A DNA stretch of 64,000 nucleotides from Hormiphora californensis (taxonomy: Eukaryota > Animalia > Ctenophora), in contig CM035352.1 of assembly GCA_020137815.1 (NCBI GenBank), forward strand, positions 6,758,001-6,822,000, read 5' to 3'. Under the pieces are notes generated by a model. It saw only the letters and a program-made list of their open reading frames with translations. It made no database searches and was not told the DNA's origin. Of this stretch, positions 1-11,005 are shown piece by piece. The first letter of the stretch is position 1; every line of letters begins with the position of its first letter. A program made the position numbers and the translations under genes.

Positions 1-564
1 GAGAACTCTTCTATAACAGTTTTCACAGATGCTGTGCGTGAAGCCCGCAACTTGGAAAGGGTGGCTAAACAGTTCAACCCTAATTCTACTGCTACAAGCT
101 CTGACGCAGAGGCAACTGGTAGTATCCTAAAATCAGAGGTAAGGTTTTCAAAATCATCTCATTCTAAACTTTCTAAAAGAAAGGTTACACCTTTCAACTC
201 TGACAATTCTGATTCCGATCAAGATAGTCATTTTAGCTACAAGGGTAGACACTCATCTAGGTTACCTCGTAGAAGTTATTCACAACGTTCCTACCATCGT
301 CACAACAGGAGAATTCCCTCCCGATCTCCAGGACGTTATAGATCATCCTACTCATCCCGTTCTAACCGTTATAGGGATCATTCTAGGGACAGATCTCACT
401 CTAGAGATCGTTATTCTAATTCTAGCCGTGGTTCTCGTTCTAGAGATCGCAGTTCTTCTCGTGATCGTATTGAGTGCTACAACTGTAAGGGTAACCATTA
501 CAGAAGTAACTGTCCTAACACCTCTTCCAGGAAACGTAATAGTGATTACCAACATTTTTATTAG
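1..564 (+). CDS. gag: Gag C-terminus: Arg/Ser-rich basic region and zinc knuckle
   Basis: Frame is open from base 1. It contains CYNCKGNHYRSNC (CX2CX3HX4C) and stops at TAG 562-564. Confidence 0.85.
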   Translation, partial: ENSSITVFTDAVREARNLERVAKQFNPNSTATSSDAEATGSILKSEVRFSKSSHSKLSKRKVTPFNSDNSDSDQDSHFSYKGRHSSRLPRRSYSQRSYHRHNRRIPSRSPGRYRSSYSSRSNRYRDHSRDRSHSRDRYSNSSRGSRSRDRSSSRDRIECYNCKGNHYRSNCPNTSSRKRNSDYQHFY

Positions 565-2306
565 AGAGAGGCGACGATACTCCTAACCCCAATTCTCTGA
601 GATCTTCTGAATTCTCAATAAACTTGGGTAATAATCACAGTCGACCTCTCAGACGTGAAATTCTTCTAAATGGATACTGCTGTGGACACCCAGTTAACTT
701 TCTAATTGATACTGGAGCTCATGTTAGCTTAGTTGCTACACGAATTGTTCACATCCTTGGTCTTTCTACTCAGATACGTCCTTCAAGTAAGCTTATTACC
801 GGATTGGGAAAGCGGATTATTCCTATGAGAGGTGAGATTGACTTACCGACTGATATAGGAAAGTCACGACGTACTGAACGTTTTATAGTTAGTGATCATA
901 TTGACACTGATTTTCTACTCGGTATGGATCTCATACAATCCTATGAGATGACAATTGATATTCCTAACCGTCTTGTTAAATTACCCGATCAAGACATTCC
1001 TACCACTTACAAACCTTCTTCTATTAACACTAGGACGAAGATTAAACTTTGTAAGACCATTACTATTCCTGCTAACTGTTCTAAGTTTGTACGTGGTTCA
1101 TTCCCACTAACTTCCACCTCACGTGACAAACATTTTTCTAAGCCACACCCTCGTGACAGGGAAGGCATTATCGAACCATTCTACAATCTAACAAGTAAAT
1201 GCAATTTGCTTGTTACTGGTACGTTATCATACTCAAAGGGTAATAAAGTGCATGTGCATTGTATTAACCCCACCGAGAATGATGTAACAATATACAAGAA
1301 CCAACTTGTTGCATTTTTTAACCCGGTTGATAATTCCCAGGCTGAAGAGGTGAGATCACTGAAGCAGTTCACTGGAAAAGAAGACTGGTATGATTCTTCT
1401 TGTGATATTCCTAGACTTCCCACAGCTTGTTCGATGGAAGATACAATCGAGAATGGCAAATGGAAAGATACTAACGACCTCCTAAATCAGTTAAAGATAA
1501 ATGAACTCAACCATGTTCCTGAACTCTATCGAGAACAGCTACGTGAACTGATTTGTGAGTATTCTCATATCTTTGCACGCAATCCTAACGATTTAGGATG
1601 TGCTTCCTTCTACGAATCACAACTTCATCTGAAGCGTGATTTCATCCCTAAATGGGTTCCTTCCCGGCCTGTTGGCCACCGTATTAAACCTTTCCTAGAT
1701 AAGGAAATTACTAATCTCTCTGAATCTGGTCAGATTTCACCCTGCAAGTATTCTCTTTGGAACAGTGCTGTTTTCATGGTTCCTAAGAATTCTTCTGGTT
1801 CTACTTCCTGGCGATTCGTCGTGGATGCTAGAAGTCTAAACTCTCAGTGCATTCAAGATAACTACGAACTTCCTAGAATTAATAACATCTTTGACAGGTT
1901 ATCAGAACACAACATCCTATCATCTTTGGATTTTGTTAGTTCTTTTACTCAAATTGGGCTCGAAAAGGAAAGCAGACATCTCACAGCCTTCACTTATAAC
2001 GGTAAACGATACATGTTTAACCGGATGATACAAGGTCAATCATCTTCTAGTGCCGAGTTTTCTCGTGCAATGGCATTACTATTTAACAAAGTTCCTTTCA
2101 AGGCTTTGATTCTATACATAGATGATCTCTTGGTATGCAGTAATACCTATCCCGATCATCTCCGTCGGTTAAAGTTTGTTTTTGACAGACTAACCTTTGC
2201 TAACCTAAAACTCTCTCCTAAGAAAACTAAGCTCTTCCAACAAGAAGTTAAATTTCTTGGTTTACAGATTTCTAAGGATGGAATTTCCGTGGATCCTGAC
2301 AAATAA
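546..2306 (+). CDS. pol: Pol part 1: aspartic protease and truncated reverse transcriptase
   Basis: Protease site FLIDTGAHVSLV; RT motifs WNSAVFMVPK, WRFVVDARSLN, LDFVSSFTQI, LYIDDLLV and VKFLG. The frame is -1 relative to gag and open from 546. Confidence 0.92.
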   Translation, partial: LPTFLLERGDDTPNPNSLRSSEFSINLGNNHSRPLRREILLNGYCCGHPVNFLIDTGAHVSLVATRIVHILGLSTQIRPSSKLITGLGKRIIPMRGEIDLPTDIGKSRRTERFIVSDHIDTDFLLGMDLIQSYEMTIDIPNRLVKLPDQDIPTTYKPSSINTRTKIKLCKTITIPANCSKFVRGSFPLTSTSRDKHFSKPHPRDREGIIEPFYNLTSKCNLLVTGTLSYSKGNKVHVHCINPTENDVTIYKNQLVAFFNPVDNSQAEEVRSLKQFTGKEDWYDSSCDIPRLPTACSMEDTIENGKWKDTNDLLNQLKINELNHVPELYREQLRELICEYSHIFARNPNDLGCASFYESQLHLKRDFIPKWVPSRPVGHRIKPFLDKEITNLSESGQISPCKYSLWNSAVFMVPKNSSGSTSWRFVVDARSLNSQCIQDNYELPRINNIFDRLSEHNILSSLDFVSSFTQIGLEKESRHLTAFTYNGKRYMFNRMIQGQSSSSAEFSRAMALLFNKVPFKALILYIDDLLVCSNTYPDHLRRLKFVFDRLTFANLKLSPKKTKLFQQEVKFLGLQISKDGISVDPDK

Positions 2307-4088
2307 GAGCATTTCTACAAAATAAGACAAGAGGTCAAGTTATATGTCTCAGCATGTGTCACATGTCAACGATCAAAAGCAACCAATCGACCACTCAAAG
2401 CCCCACTCAAACCCATAATTTATAGCTCATTCAATTCGTGTATTCAGATTGACCATTTGGAACCTTCTAAAACGCGTACCCCTCGTGGTCACGTAGCTCT
2501 TCTAACTATAGTGGACATGTATAGTTCTTACTTAGTGTGTGTACCTGTGCGATCTACTAGTGCAGAACATACTATAAGAGCAATCATGAAACACTGGATT
2601 TCTAAATTTGGTGTTCCTAACCGGATTCAAAGTGATCAGGGTTCTGGATTTGAATCTAATCTTTTCAAAGAGGTTTGTAAAGTTTTTGGGATACAAAAAC
2701 TACATTCCACTCCGTGGAAATCTTCTACCCAAGGCAAGGTGGAATCATGCCACCGACGTATTAACACCTGTTTCAGGGCTATTCTAGCTAATAAAGACTA
2801 TCACAGGTATGACGAATACATTGACTGGATAGTTTTTACTCTTAACTGCATGAGATCCAATCGTACTGGATACTCTCCTAACTTTCTTCTATTTGGCCAA
2901 GAGGCACGCACGCCTCGTGACCTATTCCTACCAGACAACCAGGAACACAATCCTGGTGATTACGATACTGCAGCGTATAAAATGTATTCTCATGTACGTG
3001 ATACTACACGTCGGGTTCGTGAGAAAATCAACAAACACATCCAATACATGAGTACCAACTACGATAAAAAAGTAAGAGGACCGTTCTTTGAAGAAGGTAT
3101 GTTGTGTATGTTGTTGATAAATGTTCCTAATCATAAATACTCCCAAAAGTGGACTGGTCCACATAAAGTTCTAAAGAAAATTAATGACTATAATTATGTT
3201 ATTAATTTTGATGGTAAAGAGAAATTAGTTAGCATTACTAAAATGAAACACTATGTTTCAAACAAGTATTCTCGAACATCATCCTTCGACAACTCACTTC
3301 CTAAACCGTCCAACCATCCTAATACTACAGGACGAAGACGTTCTACTTCTTATGCGTCTTCAACCGAAGATGATTTCCTACTTGACCCCCTCCCTCCTAA
3401 TACCAGGAGAAGCCCACGACTATCTTCCTATCACAGAGCTACTAACACTACTCCTACAGACGTGAATTCTTCGGGAGTTAATACAGACACAGAAACTTCC
3501 TATCACAGAGCTTCTAACACCACTCCTATAGATGTTTCTTCTTCAGGAGTTAACACAGATACGGAAACTTCCTATCATAGTGCTACTAACACCATTCCTA
3601 CAGATGTGTCTTCTACAGGTGTAAATACTGATGCAGAATCAGTAATAGATACAGAACCAGAGGTACTGAATTCAAATGTACCCGCAGCAGCTCAAGAGGA
3701 GACTGCTACTCCACAAAGAGATGTAACTATTACTAATCCTACCACTCCTTCTACACCTTTCCACACTCCTACCACAACCACTCCTAAAATCCCTCCTTTA
3801 GCTAAACGGCGTAAAAGCCGTACGCAATCGGAGAGTGATATTACTGGTTCGGCAGGTGCTGTCAAGTCTTCCTATAATCTCAGACCCAGACCTGAAAAAC
3901 CCCAACCAGCTCCTAAACCCAAAACTACTGGTGTATCTCGTAACCCGTCAACCAAGAGCATGCCCGAGAAAAGGAAACTCACGGGGCAATCTACAGCTCA
4001 GACTTCGAGTGGTTATGATACAAGAAGTAAGTCCAGTAAGCTACAGGAAAAGATGAGGAGCGTGTTTAGCCCGACTAAGAAGAAATAG
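2307..4088 (+). CDS. pol: Pol part 2: integrase (half HHCC finger, DDE core, long S/T/P-rich tail)
   Basis: Same frame as RT after the TAA. YVSACVTCQRSK is the CxxC half of the finger; IQIDH, SDQGSGF and GKVESCH supply D, D and E; KWTGPH is GPY/F-like; the tail contains YNLRPR. Confidence 0.9.
   Translation, partial: EHFYKIRQEVKLYVSACVTCQRSKATNRPLKAPLKPIIYSSFNSCIQIDHLEPSKTRTPRGHVALLTIVDMYSSYLVCVPVRSTSAEHTIRAIMKHWISKFGVPNRIQSDQGSGFESNLFKEVCKVFGIQKLHSTPWKSSTQGKVESCHRRINTCFRAILANKDYHRYDEYIDWIVFTLNCMRSNRTGYSPNFLLFGQEARTPRDLFLPDNQEHNPGDYDTAAYKMYSHVRDTTRRVREKINKHIQYMSTNYDKKVRGPFFEEGMLCMLLINVPNHKYSQKWTGPHKVLKKINDYNYVINFDGKEKLVSITKMKHYVSNKYSRTSSFDNSLPKPSNHPNTTGRRRSTSYASSTEDDFLLDPLPPNTRRSPRLSSYHRATNTTPTDVNSSGVNTDTETSYHRASNTTPIDVSSSGVNTDTETSYHSATNTIPTDVSSTGVNTDAESVIDTEPEVLNSNVPAAAQEETATPQRDVTITNPTTPSTPFHTPTTTTPKIPPLAKRRKSRTQSESDITGSAGAVKSSYNLRPRPEKPQPAPKPKTTGVSRNPSTKSMPEKRKLTGQSTAQTSSGYDTRSKSSKLQEKMRSVFSPTKKK
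3426..3641 (+). repeat. 72-bp coding tandem repeat, 3 copies, in the integrase tail
   Basis: SYHRATNTTPTDVNSSGVNTDTET-like units start at 3426, 3498 and 3570. Confidence 0.9.
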
Positions 4089-5048
4089 TAATGTTCGGTA
4101 ATCCTCACTTTTCACACACAGGTATTTAATACCATTTTTCTCACACAACCAATTGTGTATCCTAAATCAGAAGTATTCTCTCAGCCATCTCTAACCGTTC
4201 TTTCTATTGATAGATTAGAGCTCTAGCTTTTCGTATATATACACCCGGAAGTCATCTGATTTAGCTTAGGGTTAATTCACCCTGCTAGTTTCTAGCGTAG
4301 TTTTAACATATTTTGATTCACTACGTATCGCTGTTCACTCTTCACACATACTTTATGCAGGTTGGTCAGGCATGTGGTAACTGATTCTTGAGAACACGGC
4401 TCCCACTTACTCTTCGTTACTTATTAACGAATTGTTTATTGTTGCATAGTAATGAGCCCCCGCATGTGCCAACCATTTCGCCAAGTTATAACAGCGGCGT
4501 GTTTCTATCGTTTGGTTAATTCCAATAAATAATTAGGATCTGACTAATTATTTTACTATACTATCCTATCCTAATGTTAATTAATTAAAAAATTAATTAT
4601 ACAATTAATTCTACTAACTAAATATTCTACTAACCACATTCTACCCTCGTTTAGTTATAAATAAACTTTCCTACTAACCACATTCTACAATCTATAATCA
4701 TGTAAATTTTAAATTTTTGTTAGAAAGAGTGCGATATACATATTATCAATCATTAACTTATAATAGACTTATTAATTAAAGAAATTTTTAGAGAAAAGAG
4801 TGATAAATGTGATATTTTTGTTTAATCCATGATCCCGTTTGGTCCATGATCCCGAAATTCCTCACCATGTCGGAGTCAGGCGAATTCCTGTCGACGTCCT
4901 TTCTAATCCAACATAGTCCTTCTGGTCTTCATTTTTCTACAAAAATACCTCATCTCCCTCAAAATGACAATATTTTATGTGCGACAGACAATTTTTCAAA
5001 TTTTTACTATTTTTATTTAACTAAGATCTTTTTTTTTGAGAGAGGATT

Positions 5049-5171
5049 TGTTGTAACCAGGCAACCTCGTGATTTAACCTCAAGTATTATATGTCTCTGT
5101 TACTGATAACAATTCACTTCGCATTCTCGTTATCGCAATACGCTTGTCTTCAACTTTGTCAAACCATAACA
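5049..5171 (+). repeat. Putative 3' LTR (123 bp)
   Basis: Starts TGTT two bases after the polypurine tract and ends AACA, abutting the minisatellite. The 5' LTR is not in the window for confirmation. Confidence 0.7.
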
Positions 5172-5890
5172 TGGTGTAGAGGTCTGGGATGGGGTCAGGG
5201 GGTTAGGAGTGGTGTAGAGGTCTGGGATGGGGTTAGGGGGTTAGGAGTGGTGTAGAGGTCTGGGATGGGGTCAGGGGGTTAGGAGTGGTGTAGAGGTCTG
5301 GGATGGGGTCAGGGGGTTAGGAGTGGTTTAAAGGTCTGGGATGGGGTCAGGGGGTTAGGAGTGGTGTAGAGGTCTGGGATGGAGTCAGGGGGTTAGGAGT
5401 GGTGTAGAGGTCTGGGATGGGGTCAGGGGGTTAGGAGTGGTGTAGAGGTCTGGGATGGGGTCAGGGGGTTAGAAGTGGTGTAGAGGTCTGGGATGGAGTC
5501 AGGGGGTTAGGAGTGGTGTTGAGGTCTGGGATGGGGTCAGGGGTTAGGAGTGGTGTAGAGGTCTGGGATGGAGTCAGGGGGTTAGGAGTGGTTTAGAGCT
5601 CTGGGATGGGGTCAGGGGGTTAGGAGTGGTTTAGAGCTCTGGGATGGGGTCAAGGGGTTAGAAGTGGTGTAGAGGTCTGGGATGGGGTCAGGGGGTTAGG
5701 AGTGGTTTAAAGGTCTGGGATGGGGTCAGGGGGTTAGGAGTGGTGTAGAGGTCTGGGATGGAGTCAGGGGGTTAGGAGTGGTGTAGAGGTCTAGGATGGG
5801 GTCAGGGGGTTAGGAGTGGTTTAGAGGTCTGGGATGGGGTCAGGGGGTTAGGAGTGGTCTAGAGGTCTAGGATGGGGTCAGGGGGTTAGA
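5172..5890 (+). repeat. 38-bp G-rich minisatellite, about 19 copies
   Basis: Unit TGGTGTAGAGGTCTGGGATGGGGTCAGGGGGTTAGGAG; period 38 (5172 to 5210). Confidence 0.97.
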
Positions 5891-5936
5891 CGTGTGCTGT
5901 AAATATTCAATAATCTCACTAGTCTGCATACACGTA

Positions 5937-8223
5937 CCGGTTGAAGATAGCCCATCAGTTACTGCATTCACTATGTTGGCTGATCGGTCGGAGGGTAGGG
6001 TGAATGCTGCATCGCAACCACTAGCAAAGTACTCTTTACCCGCTTTGCAGTAGTCACATTTTGACAGATCATCATCGAAAATAACCTGATGGAAGATTTG
6101 GATTTTAGACATGCACAGGTATTGTTAGTTAAAATTGATAAAATTTAGATAATCTAATAAAGAACAAATAATTTATGTTTACATTTTGTTACCTTTGGTA
6201 AATGGGAGACATATTAAAGTACGGGAAGGCAGTTAGAGTACTCTGAGCCTCTGAATCAGCAGTTTGTGTCACGCACACACACTTAGTATACGTACCTTTG
6301 GTATAGGACAGCTCACACATTTATCAGCTTTGTTAGCTAGATTATCTGTGTACAAATTCTCGAGGGGGGTTCTCTCACACTGCGTACAACTGATTACATT
6401 TGTGGACGATGATGCGAACTCAGCTTGATAAAAACCTGATTAAGGAACTAATTAAGGAACTAATTACGGAACTAATTACGGAACTAATTACGGAACTAAT
6501 TAAGGAACTAATTACTGAACTTATGTCTAACATTTATGACGATTTATCTTTTTTTTCAATCTATTATCGAGACAAATTTAAAAGGAGTAAATACAATGAA
6601 ACAACTTCCCAATTCCTTCAACGAACACTTTTTTACCACGTAGGAAACAGTAAGCAGTATGCAATTAATGGCCACCAACAAAAGGATTTTAAGCGAATTC
6701 GGAACAGAACGAGCAGGTCTCCGCTGGAGAAAAAGTCACGTGACCACATGTAATAACTAGGGCCACTTTGCCCCATACATGGGCCACTTTACCCCGCGGG
6801 CCATTTCACCCCAGCTTACCCTACCTTTGGTATAGGACAGCTCACACATTTATCAGCTTTGTTAGCTAGATCATCTGTGTACAAATTCTCGAGGGGGGTT
6901 CTCTCACACTGCGTACAACTGATTACATTTGTGGACGATGATGCGAACGCAGCTTGATAAAAACCTGATTAGTGATTAAGGAACTAGTTAAGGAAATAAT
7001 TAAGGAACTAATTACGGAACTAATTACGGAATTAATTAAGGAATTAATTAAGGAACTAATTACTGAACTTATGTCTAATATTTAAGACGATTTATCTTTT
7101 TTTTGAATTTTCTTATCGAGAAAAATTTAAAAGGAGTAAATACTTCAATTAATTGGTTTAAACACACGCTACTCATTCCAGCGACACATGATAAACCCGA
7201 TCTGACAGGCTGGTCCTAAGTCTATCTAAAGTCCTTGTACATATTGGTAAAAAGTTCTCAGTTACAATTTCTTGCCTGATATGGCAAGAAGAGTTAACTT
7301 ACCATCATCGCATTCAATACACTTCGGGTTATTATATAATCCATTAGTTCCGTCTGTTGACGAGTAGCCTTTAGCACATGGATACTTTTCTGAAAAATGT
7401 CATACCATTATAAAATAGATATCTCGTGTCTTGCTAGAACCTCTTTCTGTACAAATCTAAACACTAAAGGAGGGTTAGAACATAACAAAATATCTCATGA
7501 TCTATCATTTGTCAAATCACGATATATTCCATTCCAATCCGCTTACCCCACTCCAAGCCGACAATGACGACCTCTGCTAGATCGGCGGTTGCACTGACAC
7601 TACTGATTAGAACTTTATCCGCTGCTATACGTTCATCACAGATCCACTCAAAGCTATCCGTGCCCGAGCTGGTCTTCTCAGATGCTTTGCAGTGGACATA
7701 TTTACCTTCAGCATTACCATTAAGATTACTTTTATAAGCATCCCCAACACCCACTGTGTCCCTTAACCTGACCTGTATTCATTTATATCAGATAAAAACT
7801 ACTGCGAGAGCAGTGAAAATAAAACTACATAACTTTACTTTTAATTTTTATCTATTTAGATCGAAACTTGAAAGTTTACATTTGATATGCTTACCTTTTA
7901 CAATGTCCCCCATAGCGCCACCAAATCACAGAGATAGCTCAGCGTTTGGGGGAAATTGTAGTAGCATGTCAAGTTTACCTGCCACCCGGCTATTGAGGTT
8001 GAAGAGTCCTTTGCGTAGATAATGATCTTGTAGATACCGAACGGTACCCAATCACCAGTTGAGTCTAAAAGGTGAACATCGAACGGTGCCTTATCTTTGC
8101 TGGCTGCGGTCTCCAGGTTGAGATCATTGAGTGCGGTGATCCCGATGGCAACATCATAAACTTCGACTTGTAGTTCATCATTGCCGTTTTTTATCACAGC
8201 AAGATTATCAAAACCCTCCAAAT
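5937..8223 (-). CDS. Partial multi-exon gene for a Cys-rich extracellular protein (CxxC/CPxG furin/GCC2-GCC3-like repeats after galactose-binding/discoidin-like segments)
   Basis: GT-AG exons at 7895-8223, 7547-7767, 7303-7389, 6825-6964 or 6296-6435, and 5937-6085. The spliced product includes KYPCAKGYSSTDG..KCIECDDGFYQ..CTQCE..CVSCPIPK..CDYCKAGKEY. The 7895-8223 exon needs a frameshift near its end. Confidence 0.7.
6595..6821 (-). mobile_element. DNA transposon end fragment (pogo/Tc1-like, TA-flanked)
   Basis: Minus strand begins TA|GGGTAAGCTGGGGTGAAATGGCCC. Three subterminal GGGCCA(C/T)TT repeats are present on the plus strand. Confidence 0.55.
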
Positions 8224-8902
8224 CTGAAAAAGGGTTTCATTACAGCTGGGACTGCAGCAGATGAGATGAGATATTTTCATGCAAGATGATACACAATAAA
8301 TTCAATGAAGAGAAAAGAGATGCCCGTGTAAATACCCGGGTTCTTTTTTGTAAGTTGGTAACGGACATTTAATATAGCTAAACTATTCTCGTTCTAACTA
8401 AAGGCGAATTTTAATGCATCTTTAGTTTAAAACAATTTAATTCAAGAAGTCGAGGATCAAGAGTCGGCATTTTTAAATATTGCATATAAAGGATACAATT
8501 AGTATTTCATAGAGTATCATAACCATAGTAACACCAAACAATTGTCGCCATCGTTTCGTTTAACACTATGCCACACACCACCAAATAGCATCGTTCAACC
8601 TAGGTGAGGGACTAGACGTCAAGTATCAAAATCATGATAATAAAAAGAACTTATACAGAGCAATATATTTGACAATGTTCTACCGAATTATCAGAAAGGT
8701 ATATTCTAAGGGGAAAACTCTCACACGAACAAAACTGGGTAAAAAAACATGTAAAATAGGGAAATTTTATGAATTCAGTTGAACCTCTATGATAGAGTCT
8801 ATCTGGTAAATCGGGGGCCGACCAAATAATAAACTACAATGTTGATAGTCGATTTACCAGGAGAGAGCTCAATCGATACAATTACGAACCGAGAGCAGCA
8901 AA

Positions 8903-8987
8903 CAAATTAAAACAAGTTGGTTTTACCAAACAAATGTTTCGATCCATTCGAAACATTTGTTTGGTAAAACCAACTTGTTTTAATTTG
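8903..8987. repeat. Perfect palindrome with 40-bp arms and a 5-nt loop
   Basis: CAAATTAAAACAAGTTGG...TTTCGA, loop TCCAT, then TCGAAA...TTTTAATTTG. Confidence 0.9.
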
Positions 8988-9004
8988 CAAATAATAAACT
9001 ATTA

Positions 9005-9198
9005 AGAAGCAGCGAAGCAGGCCGGCTAGGATAAATCCAGTGCCGGGGGTGCTGATATCCCTTTCAATAACGTTCAGTCACGGTCCTTCCGGTACAGATT
9101 TCTCTGCAGCGTAGCCAGGCGCCACCCCACAACATACGCACTCGTGTTGCTTTCGGGTCTCTCAAGAGAGCCCCTACCAATCATAGCTTGGTGGACTA
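9005..9198 (-). mobile_element. Possible 5'-truncated SINE body
   Basis: GTCCACCAAGCTATGATTGGTA and CGTGACTGAACGTTATTGAAAGG resemble metazoan SINE core and tail motifs (recall only). Confidence 0.25.
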
Positions 9199-9336
9199 AA
9201 CTATTATGAAACAAATAAAGATGATATTAACCATGTCAAAGACATAGCGAGTTTTAATGACTTGATTCTGCTTTTATAAATGATCGATCCAAATTTTGCT
9301 GAAAATTTTAAGAAAAGGATACAATCCGAAAGAAGA

Positions 9337-9426
9337 TTTGGTAACGAAATTACCCCTGCCTAACGGGTACGCTAGTTAACGTGCCTTACTACCGCGATGC
9401 CTACGAGGGGTAATTTCGTTACCAAA
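9337..9426. mobile_element. 90-bp MITE with 21-bp terminal inverted repeats
   Basis: TTTGGTAACGAAATTACCCCT ... AGGGGTAATTTCGTTACCAAA. Confidence 0.7.
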
Positions 9427-9697
9427 AAGATGATGTTCTATCTTTATCTATTAATCTACAGAGTGCCTGGGCGTGATTTCAATTCAAGGGGCTGCTGAGA
9501 AATCATGTTGTGAGGATACTGCTGCTGGAGAGAAGTGTTGAGATTGAGCTCCTGCCTAGTAGTGTTATAAGGAAAAAGAACACAGCGCGTTGGTGAGGTG
9601 CGGTTGGTGGGGATCACGTGTCCCCATTATCAGACCACGTGACAGTTTGGTGGGGCATCTAGCTCTGTCTACAACAATAGATTTAAGCGGTCAGATG

Positions 9698-10170
<473 letters not shown>

Positions 10171-11005
10171 AGATTGAATAGTTTTAAGGAGACTTGAAGA
10201 TTCAGGTCTTGGTAGCACTCCTTGTTTAGAAAGTAAGCACCCCATGGTCATTGACCATCGGTCAATGTGAGACGATTGATGGAGATAATTGGGTGGGTAT
10301 ATATTCAGTGAGTATATAATGGCACTGTAATGTAGCACATTTTACCCTGTTTGGCCAATATTAATCTGTCAGAGCATTGGCCTGACAGATATTAATTGTA
10401 AAAACCCCAGCTTGGTGCAGTACACTGCTGTCACATGTATTAGGTGGTAATTCGGAACAGTGGACAACTCAGTATAAGTAAATACAGCTAACACGTCCCA
10501 CACGCAGCCTGTCAGGCCAATGCTCTGACAGCACGCAGCCGGAACGAGAAATATCACCAACTTTGGAAATTTGATTAAATTGGTAGATTTTCAAAAAATG
10601 AAAATAGATCAGTTGTTACGAGATGGTTGACATATTCCCAGTCTGTCAGCTCTCACCCCGGGCCGAAGGACAGACGGTGTAGGACAGACTGCGCAGCAAC
10701 CGATATCGATCTCACATACAGGCCTCCGCCCCGTTATTGATTTAAGAGCAAACTTTTTCAAAGACATGGCTGCAAGCAACTACTGAACCAATTTGCATCT
10801 CGTTTGTTGCTCCTGGCAGATAATTGTCTATAGTTTTACGGAAAATACCCGCGAGTATCAGCATTTGAGGAATAGTGGGTCAAAATTGACGCTAAATATG
10901 AGCAATTCTTTAAAGACCTGGCTGCAAGCTCCTACTCGGTCCTGGGACAATCTGCGGGTAGTGGGTACTGGGTGAATCGTCTTGGCCTCGTGAGCATGGG
11001 AAAAT

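Larger units (their letters stand above)
1..5171 (+). mobile_element. Ty3/Gypsy LTR retrotransposon, internally deleted; 5' end outside the window
   Basis: Domain order is gag(CCHC)-protease-RT-integrase. The polypurine tract GAGAGAGGA (5038-5046) is followed by a TGTT...AACA LTR. Confidence 0.93.

Noticed and set aside
5172-5890. CRISPR-like or telomeric array; the 31-, 35- and 48-bp arrays were also considered
   Set aside because: Units are head-to-tail with no unique spacers and no cas genes, and they are not a pure telomeric repeat.
6400-6753. 117-aa ORF with ELIK/ELIT repeats
   Set aside because: It is an antisense reading of a 12-bp intronic repeat plus a transposon fragment.
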